Made by a program: the position numbers and the translations under genes
Notes under the pieces: generated by a model
Told to the model about the DNA's origin: nothing
The model's input: the letters and a program-made list of their open reading frames with translations, nothing else
The model's database searches: none
From: an uncultured Fibrobacterota bacterium
GTDB lineage: Bacteria > Fibrobacterota > Chitinivibrionia > Chitinivibrionales > FEN-1185
DNA length: 64,000 nucleotides
Direction: 5' to 3'
Assembly (NCBI GenBank): GCA_963753345.1
Contig: CAVWBU010000021.1
Coordinates: 229,839 to 293,838 of the forward strand
Part shown: in pieces, positions 50,892-61,407 of the stretch
Layout of the letters: each line of letters starts with the position of its first letter
Position numbering within the stretch: position 1 is the stretch's first letter

Positions 50892-51548
50892 CTATTTCCC
50901 TGATTTACGAAGATTTTCCACAACAGCGGTAAACGACTCCGGCACCTCCGCTTCAACCCTCTTCTCTTCTCCCGACAAAAGTTTGAACGTTATCTCCTGC
51001 GCGTGCAGCATCATGCGCGGAAACGCGGCCTGCGCCGCCTTATCGCCGTATAGCCTGTCGCCCGCGATCGGATGGCCGATGCTGTAGAAATGCACGCGGA
51101 TCTGGTGCCTCCGGCCGGTGAGAGGGTGCGCCTTCACAAGAGAGAAATTGCCGAGCTTCTCCGCCACCTCGTATTCCGTGGCGCTCGCCTTTCCGCGCAG
51201 TTCGTCCACGCCCATGCGGCCGGAACCGTACTGATGAATAGGCTTGTTGATAACGCCCCTTCCGTTGGCGGGCGTGCCGTGCACAAGGGCGAGATAGGTT
51301 TTCCTTATGGTATGTGCGGCGAACTGATCGTTGAGGCATTTATGTGCCCCTGCGTTTTTCGCAAACAGCATGACCCCGCTCACGTCCTTGTCGAGCCGGT
51401 GGACGACAAAGAGCTTCCGACCGTACTTTATTGACAGAAGGGAAAGAAGCGTGTCTTTCCCTTTTTCGCTACCCGGAATTGAGGTGAGGCCTTCGGGCTT
51501 GCACACCGCGAAAAGGTCGCTGTTTTCGAAGAGGATGGGAATTTCCAT
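50892..51548 (-). CDS. RluA-family pseudouridine synthase
   Basis: KP.GL, VHRLDKDVSG, TGRRHQIRVH and GHPI.GD..YG. Confidence 0.92.
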   Translation of the reverse strand: MEIPILFENSDLFAVCKPEGLTSIPGSEKGKDTLLSLLSIKYGRKLFVVHRLDKDVSGVMLFAKNAGAHKCLNDQFAAHTIRKTYLALVHGTPANGRGVINKPIHQYGSGRMGVDELRGKASATEYEVAEKLGNFSLVKAHPLTGRRHQIRVHFYSIGHPIAGDRLYGDKAAQAAFPRMMLHAQEITFKLLSGEEKRVEAEVPESFTAVVENLRKSGK

Positions 51549-51657
51549 TATTCAAAAATACAACAATGTGGTTACGGGAATTGCGCGATGCGATCCGAAC
51601 ACCACCGTTGCGCACCGATCCTTCGGAAATATTCCCCCGCGTGGAGGCAGAATGTTC

Positions 51658-52638
51658 TCATTTGGTCAACCATTGTCTCACAATATTCAGCGACGCCGTA
51701 TCGGATTCCAGGCGGAAATCGGGCTCCGGAGGCTTGAAGGCGTCGAACCACAGGAGCGCGCCTACGCACGGGTTGTCGTCCATGAACGAAAACATTCCGT
51801 GCAGCCATGCAGGCCTGCGGGCGTCCGAGGGACATGCGGTCTCGCAGATCCACAGAGGTTTGCCTATCCCGGCCAATCCTGTCAGCGATGAGCGGAAGAT
51901 GTCTTCGAATGATTCCCACGAATGATACGGGTCGTAGCGGTCTCCGTAGTTGTATCCGTCAAGCCCAATGATATCGACCGCGCTGTCTCCCGGATAGTAC
52001 GGCAGGATGTTGCTGATTACTGTCTGATTGCTCCATACCGCGCCGGGGCAGAAGATCCATTGCACGTTGGAGGCGTTCTGCAGGGCAAAAACCCGCCGTG
52101 CATGGAGCCATGCGGCGATAAACGGGGCCGGCCTGCCGCCCCAGGGAAACCATGTGCCGTTCATTTCGTAGCCGAACCTTATGTAAACGGGGGCGGCAAC
52201 CTGCCTCGCTGCGGCGGCGAACAGCGCAAGCGCGCTGTCCCATGCACCGTGTGCCACTTCGTCAAGCAACGTGTCGTTTGCGGCCGAATCGAGCGATAGC
52301 GATATCACGTTGATGCTCACGACGGTGGAAATGTTTCGCAAGGCGTTTGTGCTGACAACGGCAGTGGGGAAGGGGTCGTCGATCTGCTGATACCAGAGAA
52401 CATATCCCGGCTTGGCACCAAGCAGCGAGGTTATTGAATCCAGGGCCGGAGCATAGTCGCCGAAAAACGATTCCGAGAATATTCCGAAGCGGGAATTGTT
52501 GGGCGCAGAAGGGGAAGAGCTTCCCTTGTCGCATATGACAAGAGTAGGAGGCGGAGAGGAAGGAACGGTTGAACAACCGGCAAGGAGCGCAGTCAGCGTG
52601 GCGCAGAAGAAGACCGTGCGTGCCGCAACCTTATGCAT
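51658..52638 (-). CDS. GH26-like glycoside hydrolase lipoprotein
   Basis: Lipobox LLAGC; RFGYEMNG.WF.WG, YYPGD..VD.IGLDGYN and KPLWICE. Confidence 0.8.
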   Translation of the reverse strand: MHKVAARTVFFCATLTALLAGCSTVPSSPPPTLVICDKGSSSPSAPNNSRFGIFSESFFGDYAPALDSITSLLGAKPGYVLWYQQIDDPFPTAVVSTNALRNISTVVSINVISLSLDSAANDTLLDEVAHGAWDSALALFAAAARQVAAPVYIRFGYEMNGTWFPWGGRPAPFIAAWLHARRVFALQNASNVQWIFCPGAVWSNQTVISNILPYYPGDSAVDIIGLDGYNYGDRYDPYHSWESFEDIFRSSLTGLAGIGKPLWICETACPSDARRPAWLHGMFSFMDDNPCVGALLWFDAFKPPEPDFRLESDTASLNIVRQWLTK

Positions 52639-52763
52639 CCGGAACAATCCGCCTCTTGGTTATTCTGCGTTCTTCGTCAACCGCGAAAATTCTCCCGGCA
52701 GGCCTTGCGGTAAAGGGCGATTGGGAAGAGCACGACAAAATGGTTCATGGTGATTGATGGATC

Positions 52764-53129
52764 CTATCTGTCAAGACTCGATGGCGGTTTGCCAAAGAGT
52801 TTGGTGAGAGCGGCAATGATGGTTTCGGACACGTCCCCGGTCAGCGCCAATGCGCTTTCCTTGCTCTCCAGGTACAGGCGATTGAGCCTCCCGTCGAACA
52901 AGAAGTCCCATTCGTCGCCTTCGGGGCTGTGCCTTTCATCAATCATCGGCACCTTCAATTCGTCGAAATACTTTCTGATGCCGATCACCATAAGATCGTG
53001 GTCAAATGCCGGAATGATGGCGGCAATTTCTCGGCGATTGGGCCTGGTATACAAGAGATTCCCTTGCTGGTCGATCACTGAAAAATTACCTCCTCCTACT
53101 TTCCAGCGCAAATTCCAGGCGATTGCCAT
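52764..53129 (-). CDS. Hypothetical protein
   Basis: 121-aa ORF with plausible composition filling the gap between recognised genes. Confidence 0.55.
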   Translation of the reverse strand: MAIAWNLRWKVGGGNFSVIDQQGNLLYTRPNRREIAAIIPAFDHDLMVIGIRKYFDELKVPMIDERHSPEGDEWDFLFDGRLNRLYLESKESALALTGDVSETIIAALTKLFGKPPSSLDR

Positions 53130-53267
53130 ATTCTGATTTCTCGGAGTTTTCTCCTTGTCTTACGGGGCCCTATAGTGCATTTTCTTTCTTGAATTGTCTT
53201 TTTTGCGATTTCTGCGCGCTTCGATAAGCTCAGCACAGGACTCTGCGGTGAACATATTTTTTGCCGT

Positions 53268-54252
53268 ATGAAATGCATCGTCATGTTCTCCGGCGGGCTC
53301 GATTCCACCATCGCCGTGCACCTGCTCATGCGTCTCGGGTTCGACGTGCTTGCGCTCAACTACGTGCTGCCGTTCTATTCCGGGTTCGGCCTCTCCCACG
53401 GCGAAATCAAGGCCCGCGCCGCCGCGCTCAACGTGCCGTTGCGCATCGAGGAGGAGGGGCAGGAATACCTTGACATGTTCAAGTCGCGGAAGTTCGGGTT
53501 CGGCAAGAACGTGAACCCATGCATCGACTGCAGGATACACCGGTTCAAAAAGGCCGCGGTCATCATGGCCGAAACCGGCGCGTCGTTCATCGCCACCGGC
53601 GAGGTGGTGGGCCAGCGGCCCATGTCCCAGCGCCGGGAGTGCTTTGACATAATAGAAAGGGAATCCGGCCTGAGAGGCATGATCGTTCGGCCGCTGTGCG
53701 CCAAGATCCTCAAGGCCTCCATTCCCGAAGAACGCGGATGGATCAAGCGCGAAGACATGCTTGACTTCTGGGGACGAGGCCGCAAGGGCCAGATGGCCTA
53801 TGCGGCCGGGTTCGGTCTCACGTACCCGTCGCCCGCGGGCGGGTGCCTGCTCACGCATGTGCGCACGGCCGAGCGCTATGCCGACCTGGAGAAGAACGAC
53901 CCGGGCTTTTTCCCTCAACGATTTCAAGCTGCTTGCCTACGGCAGGCATTTCAGGATAAGTCCGAAACTCCTGTTTGTCCAGGCGCGCGACGACGCGGAA
54001 AACGAACCCATCGATTCGCTCCGCCTTCCGCAGGACACGCAGGTACTTCTAAGAGACATTCCCGGCCCGGTGGGACTCGTTCGAGGTGAGGGAACGGAAG
54101 AGGAGATGATGCTCGCCTGTTCGATCTTCGCAAAGTACACCCGCGAAAGGACAAAGGCTGTTAGTGCCTTGGTATTGACAAAGGGTGATGGGCAGCGGGT
54201 GGTTGAGGTCAAGCCGGCGAGCGAAGAACTGTGTGAAAAGTATAGGATTTAA
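53268..54252 (+). CDS. PP-loop tRNA thiolation-like enzyme (ThiI/MnmA-like with C-terminal extension); +1 frameshift at T5 53907-53911
   Basis: SGGLDS, NPCIDC, TGEVVGQRPMSQ and PSPAGGCLLT; continues as FKLLAYGRHFR in the next frame. Confidence 0.75.
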
Positions 54253-54260
54253 TCAAGACG

Positions 54261-54697
54261 TCGGGGGAGAAGTATCTCCCCCGGCCTCGGCCTCCTCGTT
54301 TCGCCTTTGGCGAACCTGCGGGGTCCTCGGCACTCCCCTCTCCTGGGTGCACCCCAAGTGGATTCAGTTGCAGAACCAGACTCCTGTGCGGGGGCACCCA
54401 GGTGGAGTAGTTGATAAGTTGAGAGGTTGAGAGGTCAAATCAAGGCCAATGTTTTACTACCTGAGGATTCCGATTGGCGCGAGAAGGAGTTCTTGACTGA
54501 TAAGACATCTGTTGCCGCGCGCCAGGCAGGACTGGAGGCCGCGCTGGAGCGCGGTGCCGCCCGGACCCGGCCCTGTGGGCCATAGGGCCGAGGCGGCCCG
54601 AGGCCGCAGGCCGAGACTGGAAGGACGGCCGCCGCCGTCTTCGGCGGGGCGCCCTTATTAGCTCGTGAGTTTTGAGGCCCCTGTACCTCTCCCCCGA
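54261..54697. repeat. Composite structured element A + octamers + linker + B (B ends at 54654) plus an extra inverted A-terminus
   Basis: tcgggggagaagta at 54261-54274 versus tacctctcccccga at 54684-54697; module B core gccgcgcgccaggcaggactggagg ccgcgc-tgga-gcgcgg tgccgcccggaccc. Confidence 0.85.
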
Positions 54698-54716
54698 AAT
54701 AAGACTTATTTTTCAA

Positions 54717-57356
54717 TTAATTATTCCGCTGTTCCCACTTGATTTCCGGTATCTTCTTTATATTTATTAAAAAATAATATCCCGGATTGTACCCCGCCGG
54801 CCGCCAGTCGAAGCGCATGTCCCAGCATTCCTGGTCGTAGTGGAAATGCACGTCGTGGTCCACGAGCTGGTTGGTCACGAAGTTGTAGGTGCTGCTCCAC
54901 GACACCGACCAGTTGCGCGTGAAGTTGACGGATGCGGATGTGCTCAGGCTGTACTGCTTGGTGGTCACGAAGGGATCGGTGGGCGACGTCCGCGACTGCG
55001 AAAAGGTGTAGGTCGGGCTTATGCCCGCCTGCCACTGCTGGGGCCCGGCCCGCAGATAGTGCAGGTCGAATTTCGGCATCAGGCTGTCCGCCGCGATCTT
55101 GTCGCCTTCCCACAGGGTGCCGTGCAGACCGAGTGAGCTCGACGGCGAGATGGTGACGCTGTACTGGTGCAGCAGGGGAAGGGAGAGCCTGTTGTTCTCA
55201 TCGTACATCCAGAAGGTCGAGTTGTACCCGACGCGCACGATTTCGTATCCGGTGTTTGCGGAAATGGAAAGGTCGCTGAATTTTCTGGTGGGCGCCTCGA
55301 AATCGTACGCGGTCGACAGGGTTGCCGAAAGGATCTCGAACTTCTTTTCGGCCGGCTTTTCGCCCGGTGCGGCCGGCTTGTCAAGAAGCTTTCCCTGAAG
55401 GTCGTTGGCAAGGTTGATGCCCACGCTTTGACTTGGTATTGCCTTCGCCGGCGCGTACGGCTCTATCGGGGTGAACTGAACGTCCAGGTCATGTTTGGGC
55501 GTGTAGGTGTAGCTGAGCGATGGCGTGAAGGTGTGTCGCAGCCCTGCAAAGTTGAAGATGTGAATGGGAAATATTCCGTACAGGTTCGTGCTAAGGCTTA
55601 CGCCCGCGTTCCATGAATAGTCGCTTTTCCATCTGTTGGTTTGCGTGTAATTGGGCCTCTTTATGATTGCCACGCTGTCCACCGACTTGAACAGGGTATC
55701 GTGGAGCTGAGTGATGTTGTTGAGGGTGTCAAAGGTTTCGACGACGAGGGGAGCGGGAGACTTCTTGGTCAGCTGCGCCCGCGTAAGGGTGTCGTAAATT
55801 GTGTCACTGATATACGTGGTGTCGCCGTTGGCGGAGGTGTCCATGTACATGTCGAAGGTCGATGCTTGGGCGTTGAAATTCGGATTCACGGTAAGGTATT
55901 TGAACAGCGTTTGCGGCGAGGACAGGCTGAACGATTGCGCGATGGCCTTCCTGTGGTAGGACTCGCCGGTGTCGCCCGCGCCGGTGTAGTTGCGCATGAT
56001 TCCGCTTGCTTGATAGGAATAGAAAATCTTGTTGTACCACGCCGCCTCGTTCTTTTCGTTGTCCGGCACATTTTCCTTCGGCGTGAAGGGGATGAGAGGA
56101 CGCGACGGCAGGTTGAAGTTGACGTTCGGCAAGTCCTCGGTTATTTCGCCGGTGGTAAGGTTCTGGCTCCTGTTCCAGGTGACGTTGGCGCTCCCGTTGA
56201 TGGCGGGAATTCTCTGCGACAAAGACATGTTCGCGTTGAGGTTCTGGTTGAGGATCTGCGTCGAATCCTCGGAATAGGTGGTAAAGAAGTTGTTGGTGCC
56301 CACCATGGTGCCGCGGCCCGACAGCGTTGTGTTGCCGTCGGGCGTGATGTTCTGGTTATGCGTGTAGTCCAGGGACCATTGCTGGCTCCTGGTGAGAAAG
56401 GTCCCGCTGTTGGCGTATTGTCCCGTGAGCGAGCCGCTCAGCCAGTACTTTCGCGAATACCGGGTGGCGCCGTTGAAAACGAAATTGTTGAACTCCATTA
56501 TCTTGGCCCACGCGGTGAAATCCACGTACTCGTTGGGCACGAAGTAGTATCCCAGGTTGTCAAGGTAGCCGCCCGATTCGGGGTGTCCGCCCCAGATGGG
56601 AGTGAGAAACCCGCTCTTGCGGTTGCGTTCGAGCGGAAATATGAAATAGGGGAGCCAGGCCACGGGCGCGTCGCCGAGCGCAAAGACCACGGGCCTGCTT
56701 ATCACCTGGTCGTTGGGAACGACCTTGACGGTCTTTCCGTAGAAGAAATAATCGGGCGTGTCGACGAACGCGCAGGTGGTGTAATTGCCTTCCTCGATGA
56801 AAAGGTCGTTGTTTTCCGCTTTGACAATCTTGTTGCCGTTGAAGTAGGCGTCGTCCATGTGCGCGCTCGCGTACTTCACGCGCCCGCGTTTCGTCTTGAT
56901 GTTGTACACCATGGATTCGCCGACCGTGGTGTCGCGTTTCTCCACGAGCTGCGGCTTGCCCGACGCGACAAGCAGGCCGTCGTCCATGAGGTAGGTTATC
57001 GAGTCCGCGTTGAGCGTGATGTCCTGGTACTTCACCACCGCATTGCCGATAAGATTGAGACGCTTATTCTCCACGTCGTAGTCGATATAACCGCCGTCGG
57101 CGCCGTAATACACGGTGTCGAGCACGCCCTTCCCACCGGCTTTTTTCGTTGTGTCCTTTGCCGCGGCCGGGTGTTGCGCCTTTACGGGTGCAATCGGTAT
57201 CGCGGTCTTCTGCCGGATCGTGTCGCTTGATACGGTGGAGGTGGGCGCTGCGGCGGTGTCGGCAGGCAAGGTCGCTGCGGCCGTGAAAACGGCACAAAAT
57301 GCGGTGGTCAAGAACGCGCACAGCAGCGCGCGTTCAAAATCATGGAATGCTGGCAT
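54717..57356 (-). CDS. lptD: Putative LPS assembly protein LptD
   Basis: OstA-like N-terminal region (L.GNA.VKY.DI.L.AD.I), YTTC, P...LPY..FP...RKSGFL.P and a beta-barrel ending ...ECWDMRF.W. Confidence 0.8.
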   Translation of the reverse strand: MPAFHDFERALLCAFLTTAFCAVFTAAATLPADTAAAPTSTVSSDTIRQKTAIPIAPVKAQHPAAAKDTTKKAGGKGVLDTVYYGADGGYIDYDVENKRLNLIGNAVVKYQDITLNADSITYLMDDGLLVASGKPQLVEKRDTTVGESMVYNIKTKRGRVKYASAHMDDAYFNGNKIVKAENNDLFIEEGNYTTCAFVDTPDYFFYGKTVKVVPNDQVISRPVVFALGDAPVAWLPYFIFPLERNRKSGFLTPIWGGHPESGGYLDNLGYYFVPNEYVDFTAWAKIMEFNNFVFNGATRYSRKYWLSGSLTGQYANSGTFLTRSQQWSLDYTHNQNITPDGNTTLSGRGTMVGTNNFFTTYSEDSTQILNQNLNANMSLSQRIPAINGSANVTWNRSQNLTTGEITEDLPNVNFNLPSRPLIPFTPKENVPDNEKNEAAWYNKIFYSYQASGIMRNYTGAGDTGESYHRKAIAQSFSLSSPQTLFKYLTVNPNFNAQASTFDMYMDTSANGDTTYISDTIYDTLTRAQLTKKSPAPLVVETFDTLNNITQLHDTLFKSVDSVAIIKRPNYTQTNRWKSDYSWNAGVSLSTNLYGIFPIHIFNFAGLRHTFTPSLSYTYTPKHDLDVQFTPIEPYAPAKAIPSQSVGINLANDLQGKLLDKPAAPGEKPAEKKFEILSATLSTAYDFEAPTRKFSDLSISANTGYEIVRVGYNSTFWMYDENNRLSLPLLHQYSVTISPSSSLGLHGTLWEGDKIAADSLMPKFDLHYLRAGPQQWQAGISPTYTFSQSRTSPTDPFVTTKQYSLSTSASVNFTRNWSVSWSSTYNFVTNQLVDHDVHFHYDQECWDMRFDWRPAGYNPGYYFLINIKKIPEIKWEQRNN

Positions 57357-57486
57357 GTTGACCCGAACGGAATTTCCTTTAGGAAATAAAATACTTTAGA
57401 GCGACGGAAGACTACGAGGAAACCGGGACATTATTGCGGGATGCGGGTAGCGCGGAACGGGACCACGGGACACTTATTTGTCAAGG

Positions 57487-58176
57487 TCAACTGTCAACAG
57501 TCAACCCGCTGGCCTTGCCGCCTGCGTCATCTCCTTGGGGCGGTTTCCACCGCCTGATTCTCTTCTTCTTCCGCGTCTTCCGCTGCATCCAGAAGAGCAT
57601 GACCATCATGGCGCCGAGGAAAACGGCTTTCGTGTAAACACCGCCCCACGGCGCGGGCTTCCGGTGATAGACCCGGCCCGTAAGGATGAGCGGCGGGATG
57701 GTGTCGCCGCACGTGTCGAAGGCGAATACGCCCACCTGATAGGCGCCCGTCGAGTCGTGCCAGATGCTGTCCCAGGGGATAACCCATTCTGCGGCGATGC
57801 CGCCTGCCGCCGTGCCGGCAAGCGGGGCGGTCCGGTAGAACGGCTTCAGGGAATCGAGCGAGGCCTGCATTTCCATAAAGCAATAGGGCGAGAGGCGGTG
57901 CGGCAGGAACCGGAATTTCCACAGCCCGCACGTTGTGCGTCCGGCGGACGCGAAGTACCCGGTTAGGCCTTCGCGTGTGTTAAGCACATCGTACAGCCAG
58001 AGTGAGTCTTTCGACAGAGGCGCCGCGTCGCGCTTGTTCCACTCGAGGAGAAACCCGTCGAGCTGGACCGACCTGCCGTCGCGGTCCACGCTGCGCACCT
58101 GCACCGCGGCAGCGGGGCATGCAAATGCGCACGCCGCCAGACACGAAGCGACAAATGCCTTTGTCAACGGGCGCAT
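57487..58176 (-). CDS. Hypothetical exported protein with a C-terminal membrane anchor
   Basis: Signal peptide MRPLTKAFVASCLAACAFACPAAA; LDG.L.EW; transmembrane segment and basic tail; the stop falls in GTTGACA heptamers. Confidence 0.6.
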   Translation of the reverse strand: MRPLTKAFVASCLAACAFACPAAAVQVRSVDRDGRSVQLDGFLLEWNKRDAAPLSKDSLWLYDVLNTREGLTGYFASAGRTTCGLWKFRFLPHRLSPYCFMEMQASLDSLKPFYRTAPLAGTAAGGIAAEWVIPWDSIWHDSTGAYQVGVFAFDTCGDTIPPLILTGRVYHRKPAPWGGVYTKAVFLGAMMVMLFWMQRKTRKKKRIRRWKPPQGDDAGGKASGLTVDS

Positions 58177-58919
58177 CTGAATCCTATGCTCACTTCCCCG
58201 AAATTGGGTTCGAACCAATGGCGGTTCTTTATCCGGAGCTGCTGTGGCGTCGAATACCAGCCGCCGCCGCGTATCACCCGGTATTGGCCCGCGTCGGCGC
58301 CCTGCGGGTCGGATGGGGGCGAGGACGCGTAGTAGTCGGGATCGTAGTGGTCGGCCGTCCATTCCCACACGTTGCCGGTCATGTCGTACAGTCCCCACGG
58401 GTTCGGGGCAAAGGATGCTGTTTTTGCCGGACTGTTTGCCGGCGTCAGCGGGCATCTTCGGGGTGAGGGAGGTTCGTCTCCCCAGGAGTACTGGGCTTGT
58501 CGGCCGGCGAGCGCCGCGTATTCCCATTGCGCCTCGGTGGGAAGTCTCTTGCCGCGGGCCCTGCAAAAGGCCTGGGCCTGGAACCAGGTGACGCAGACCA
58601 CGGGGTATTGCGCGTTGCGGAGTGCCTGCGGAACGCGCACGTTTCTGAACCCCTGCCCCGTCCAGATCACGCACGCGCCGTCGTCGTAGTGCGCGGGGGT
58701 GCAGGCGCCTGCGGCCGCGCATGAATCGTACTGGGCGAAGGTGACTTCTGTCTTGTCAATCGAAAACGGGGAAACCGTCACCTCGTGCGCGGGCGCTTCG
58801 ATCGGCGCGCCGTTGTCGGCTCCCATGGTGAAGGAACCGCCCGGCACCTGCACCGTCTGGGCGAACAGCAACGGCGCGGCAAGGGCGCCGACCGCCAGGA
58901 AGCGGTGCGGAAAAATCAT
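58164..58919 (-). CDS. Formylglycine-generating enzyme (SUMF1/FGE-sulfatase) domain protein
   Basis: F.MG, EVT..QY, PVV.VTW..A.AFC, RLPTEAQWEYAA, NPWGLYDMTGNVWEW, RGGGW and GFRC. Confidence 0.9.
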   Translation of the reverse strand: MIFPHRFLAVGALAAPLLFAQTVQVPGGSFTMGADNGAPIEAPAHEVTVSPFSIDKTEVTFAQYDSCAAAGACTPAHYDDGACVIWTGQGFRNVRVPQALRNAQYPVVCVTWFQAQAFCRARGKRLPTEAQWEYAALAGRQAQYSWGDEPPSPRRCPLTPANSPAKTASFAPNPWGLYDMTGNVWEWTADHYDPDYYASSPPSDPQGADAGQYRVIRGGGWYSTPQQLRIKNRHWFEPNFGEVSIGFRCAR

Positions 58920-58955
58920 GGACTGTTTCTTGTTGCAGTGGTGCGGCAAAGATTT

Positions 58956-59738
58956 CTAGTGCGCGGCTTCATTCATCTCCACGGCGAGGATGACCACGCC
59001 GAAAACCACAAAGGCCCCCACGGCGACAATCGCGGCAATTCTGTCGAATCCCTTTTTCTTTGCCGCCGGCGCCGCTTTCTGCGCCGTGCCTGCGGCCGCG
59101 ATGGGCTTCAGGGCGGCCGACACGGTATCGGTTTTTCCTTCCGTCAAGGTCATCCGCTTCTCAAGGGGCGCAAAGCCCGCCTTCTCAATTTTGAGAGTGT
59201 GGTCGCCCGGCTTGATCCGGGGATTGTCGCACGGAGTGACGCCAAGTTCCTTGTCGTCAAGAAACGCGGCGGCCCCGGAAGGCTGGGAAACAACGACGAG
59301 GCGCGCGGGCAAAACCAGCGCCACGTTCAGGCTCACGGCGCTGTCGGCCGGAACGTCCACGCTCACCTTCTTGCCGAAATATCCCGCGGATTTCACGATG
59401 AGGATGTGCGTGCCGGGGACAAGGCTGTCAAGCGTAAGGGGGCTCTGGCCCTTTTGGACGCTGTCGAGGCTGACCTCCGCGCCGGCAGGCACGGTGCTTA
59501 TTGACAAATGACCGAAGTGAGGGTGCTTTGAAGTATCGGCGGCCGGAGCCGAAGCCTGTTTCTGCGCAGTTGAATCGGCCTTTGTCGCGGGCGCCTGTTT
59601 TTTCGCAAGCGAATCGACCTTCGCAGCAGGCGCCTGTTTCTTCGAAAGCGAATCGGCCTTAGAGCCGGACGCCGGCGCTGAACTCGCGGTCAGTCCGGTC
59701 ACCATCACGCAAACGAGCGCCGCGGTAAGAGCTTTCAT
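58956..59738 (-). CDS. PEGA-domain protein with an N-terminal Lys/Ala/Pro repeat and a C-terminal transmembrane segment
   Basis: Two PEGA repeats (S.P.GA.V.LD....G.TP, PG.H.L.....GY/F); three KxDSxxxKQA repeats. Confidence 0.85.
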   Translation of the reverse strand: MKALTAALVCVMVTGLTASSAPASGSKADSLSKKQAPAAKVDSLAKKQAPATKADSTAQKQASAPAADTSKHPHFGHLSISTVPAGAEVSLDSVQKGQSPLTLDSLVPGTHILIVKSAGYFGKKVSVDVPADSAVSLNVALVLPARLVVVSQPSGAAAFLDDKELGVTPCDNPRIKPGDHTLKIEKAGFAPLEKRMTLTEGKTDTVSAALKPIAAAGTAQKAAPAAKKKGFDRIAAIVAVGAFVVFGVVILAVEMNEAAH

Positions 59739-59804
59739 CGTTGTATTGTCCTTTCGGCCGGTCTGGTATACGTCAATCGCTGAGGGCGCTGCAGGGAAAC
59801 CGGC

Positions 59805-60065
59805 CTATGCGTTCACCTGCTCAAAGGGAATCGCCTCGTCGATGAGCATGATCGGGATGTCTTCCCGGATCGGATAGAGATATTTTTTGTCTTCACGGAG
59901 AAGGCCGGCGTCGATCTGCTCCTTGACCACTTCGCCGCCACGGTTCTTGAGCGCACCCGCCTTTATCTTCGCGTTGATTTTCGCGATCACGTCGCCTTCC
60001 ACCAGTTTAACGTCCTGTTTGGTTTCCGGGCAGCAGAGGATATCGAGCAGTTCCTTGTCGACCAT
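59805..60065 (-). CDS. Trm112/YcaR-like protein
   Basis: LLDILCCP and YPIREDIPIMLIDEA. Confidence 0.85.
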   Translation of the reverse strand: MVDKELLDILCCPETKQDVKLVEGDVIAKINAKIKAGALKNRGGEVVKEQIDAGLLREDKKYLYPIREDIPIMLIDEAIPFEQVNA

Positions 60066-60364
60066 ACGGGCTCCTTCTTTGCAACCGATTTTTGGCGTAT
60101 AAGATTACGATAAGCACTAAAATACATTGCCTTTCCGATAAAGAACAATTTATCCCGCGTGCCATCGGCGTTGATGACAATCGCAAAACCCGATATTTCT
60201 GCTGCAGGTGGCTTCCTGAGGGCCGCAAGGGAGTCCACGGGTAGACAAGGCACCCGGCGAGGGGATGAGAAAAATTGCTTTCCCAACGTTTCGCCTTGAT
60301 TTCATAATATTTTTACGGTATATTCAATGGTATCAATAGTGATACTATCTTTGGCGTATTTACT

Positions 60365-60616
60365 ATGACAAGAATTGAGAAGACTCTCATACAAATGCGT
60401 CGGAGTGCGAAGAATATCCGGTTTTCCGACCTTTGCGGAGTGTGCAATCATTACTTTGGGCAACCGCGGCAAAGCGGATCAAGCCACGGGGTATATAAAA
60501 TGCCTTGGCCGGGCGACCCGAGAGTGAATATTCAGGATGACAATGGCATGGCGAAACCATATCAAGTTAAACAAGTTCTCAAAGCGATTGCGAGGCTGCA
60601 AAATGAAAATGTTTAA
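60365..60616 (+). CDS. hicA: HicA-family toxin
   Basis: NIRFSDL, GSSH, PRVNIQ and AKPYQVKQV. Confidence 0.85.
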   Translation: MTRIEKTLIQMRRSAKNIRFSDLCGVCNHYFGQPRQSGSSHGVYKMPWPGDPRVNIQDDNGMAKPYQVKQVLKAIARLQNENV

Positions 60617-60932
60617 TGATCATTACTCCTACCGTGTAATCTGGTCCGAAGAAGACAAAGAATATGTCGGCCTTTGCGCCGAATTTCCCAGCCTCAGTTG
60701 GCTTGCAAAATCACCGGAAATTGCGATCCATGGAATTCGGGAAGTTGTCGCGAACGCCATCAGCGATATGAAAAGAAATGGCGAGGCCATTCCGGTTCCG
60801 GTTACTTCAAAACGGTACAGCGGAAAGTTTATCGTCCGTGTTCCACCGGAAGTTCATCGGCGGCTCGCTTTAGAGGCCGCGGAATCCGGGGTGAGCCTCA
60901 ACCGATTGGCAAGTGCAAGGCTTTCGGCGTGA
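60603..60932 (+). CDS. hicB: HicB-family antitoxin
   Basis: WSEED.EYVG.C.EFPSLSW, YSGKF.VR..PE.HR.L and GVSLN. Confidence 0.9.
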   Translation: MKMFNDHYSYRVIWSEEDKEYVGLCAEFPSLSWLAKSPEIAIHGIREVVANAISDMKRNGEAIPVPVTSKRYSGKFIVRVPPEVHRRLALEAAESGVSLNRLASARLSA

Positions 60933-60986
60933 AAGACGGATACAAGGTTGTCATTGACTAATGACCATTGAAAAAGGAATCCCAAA

Positions 60987-61058
60987 ATGCCAAATGAAAT
61001 TGAAAAGGCAAGTCATGCGACGTTTGAAAGTATCCGGCTAAGGCGGCAGCATGAGTAA
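60987..61058 (+). pseudogene. Short stub resembling a DinD N-terminus
   Basis: RBS aagga; MPNEIEKASHATFESIR resembles the neighbouring ...EYKSFEDIK start. Confidence 0.4.
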
Positions 61059-61407
61059 CTTACAGGCAAAAGAATACAAATCCTTTGAAGATATCAAGCA
61101 CCTTTCGGATGATGGAAGTGAATTCTGGTACGCTAGGGAACTTGCGCCCGTTCTTGAGTATGTACAATGGCGGAATTTTTCCAAGGTATTGGACAGGGCA
61201 ATGCTCGCTTGCAAGAATAGCGGATATGCGGTTTCGGATCATTTTGCTGAGGTCAGCAAAACGATAAGGATGCCTAAAACCGCCACTAAGGAAGTTGTCG
61301 ATTATAAGCTCTCACGTTACGCCTGCTATTTGATTGTCCAAAACGGCGACCCGCGAAAAGAAGTTATCGCCAAGATGCCTTGCTTCATATCCGGGGAGAC
61401 CGAATGA
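61051..61407 (+). pseudogene. dinD: Truncated DinD/BRO-N family gene
   Basis: FEDIK, EFWYAREL..VLEY..W.NF, DY.LSRYACYLIVQNGDPRKEVIA, then abrupt divergence and a stop at 118 aa. Confidence 0.75.

Noticed and set aside
58164-58290. SUMF1-domain C-terminus as a DGR variable region
   Set aside because: Codons at the variable positions are not AAY-derived (tcg acg cca cag cag, gaa gtg), and no template repeat is seen.
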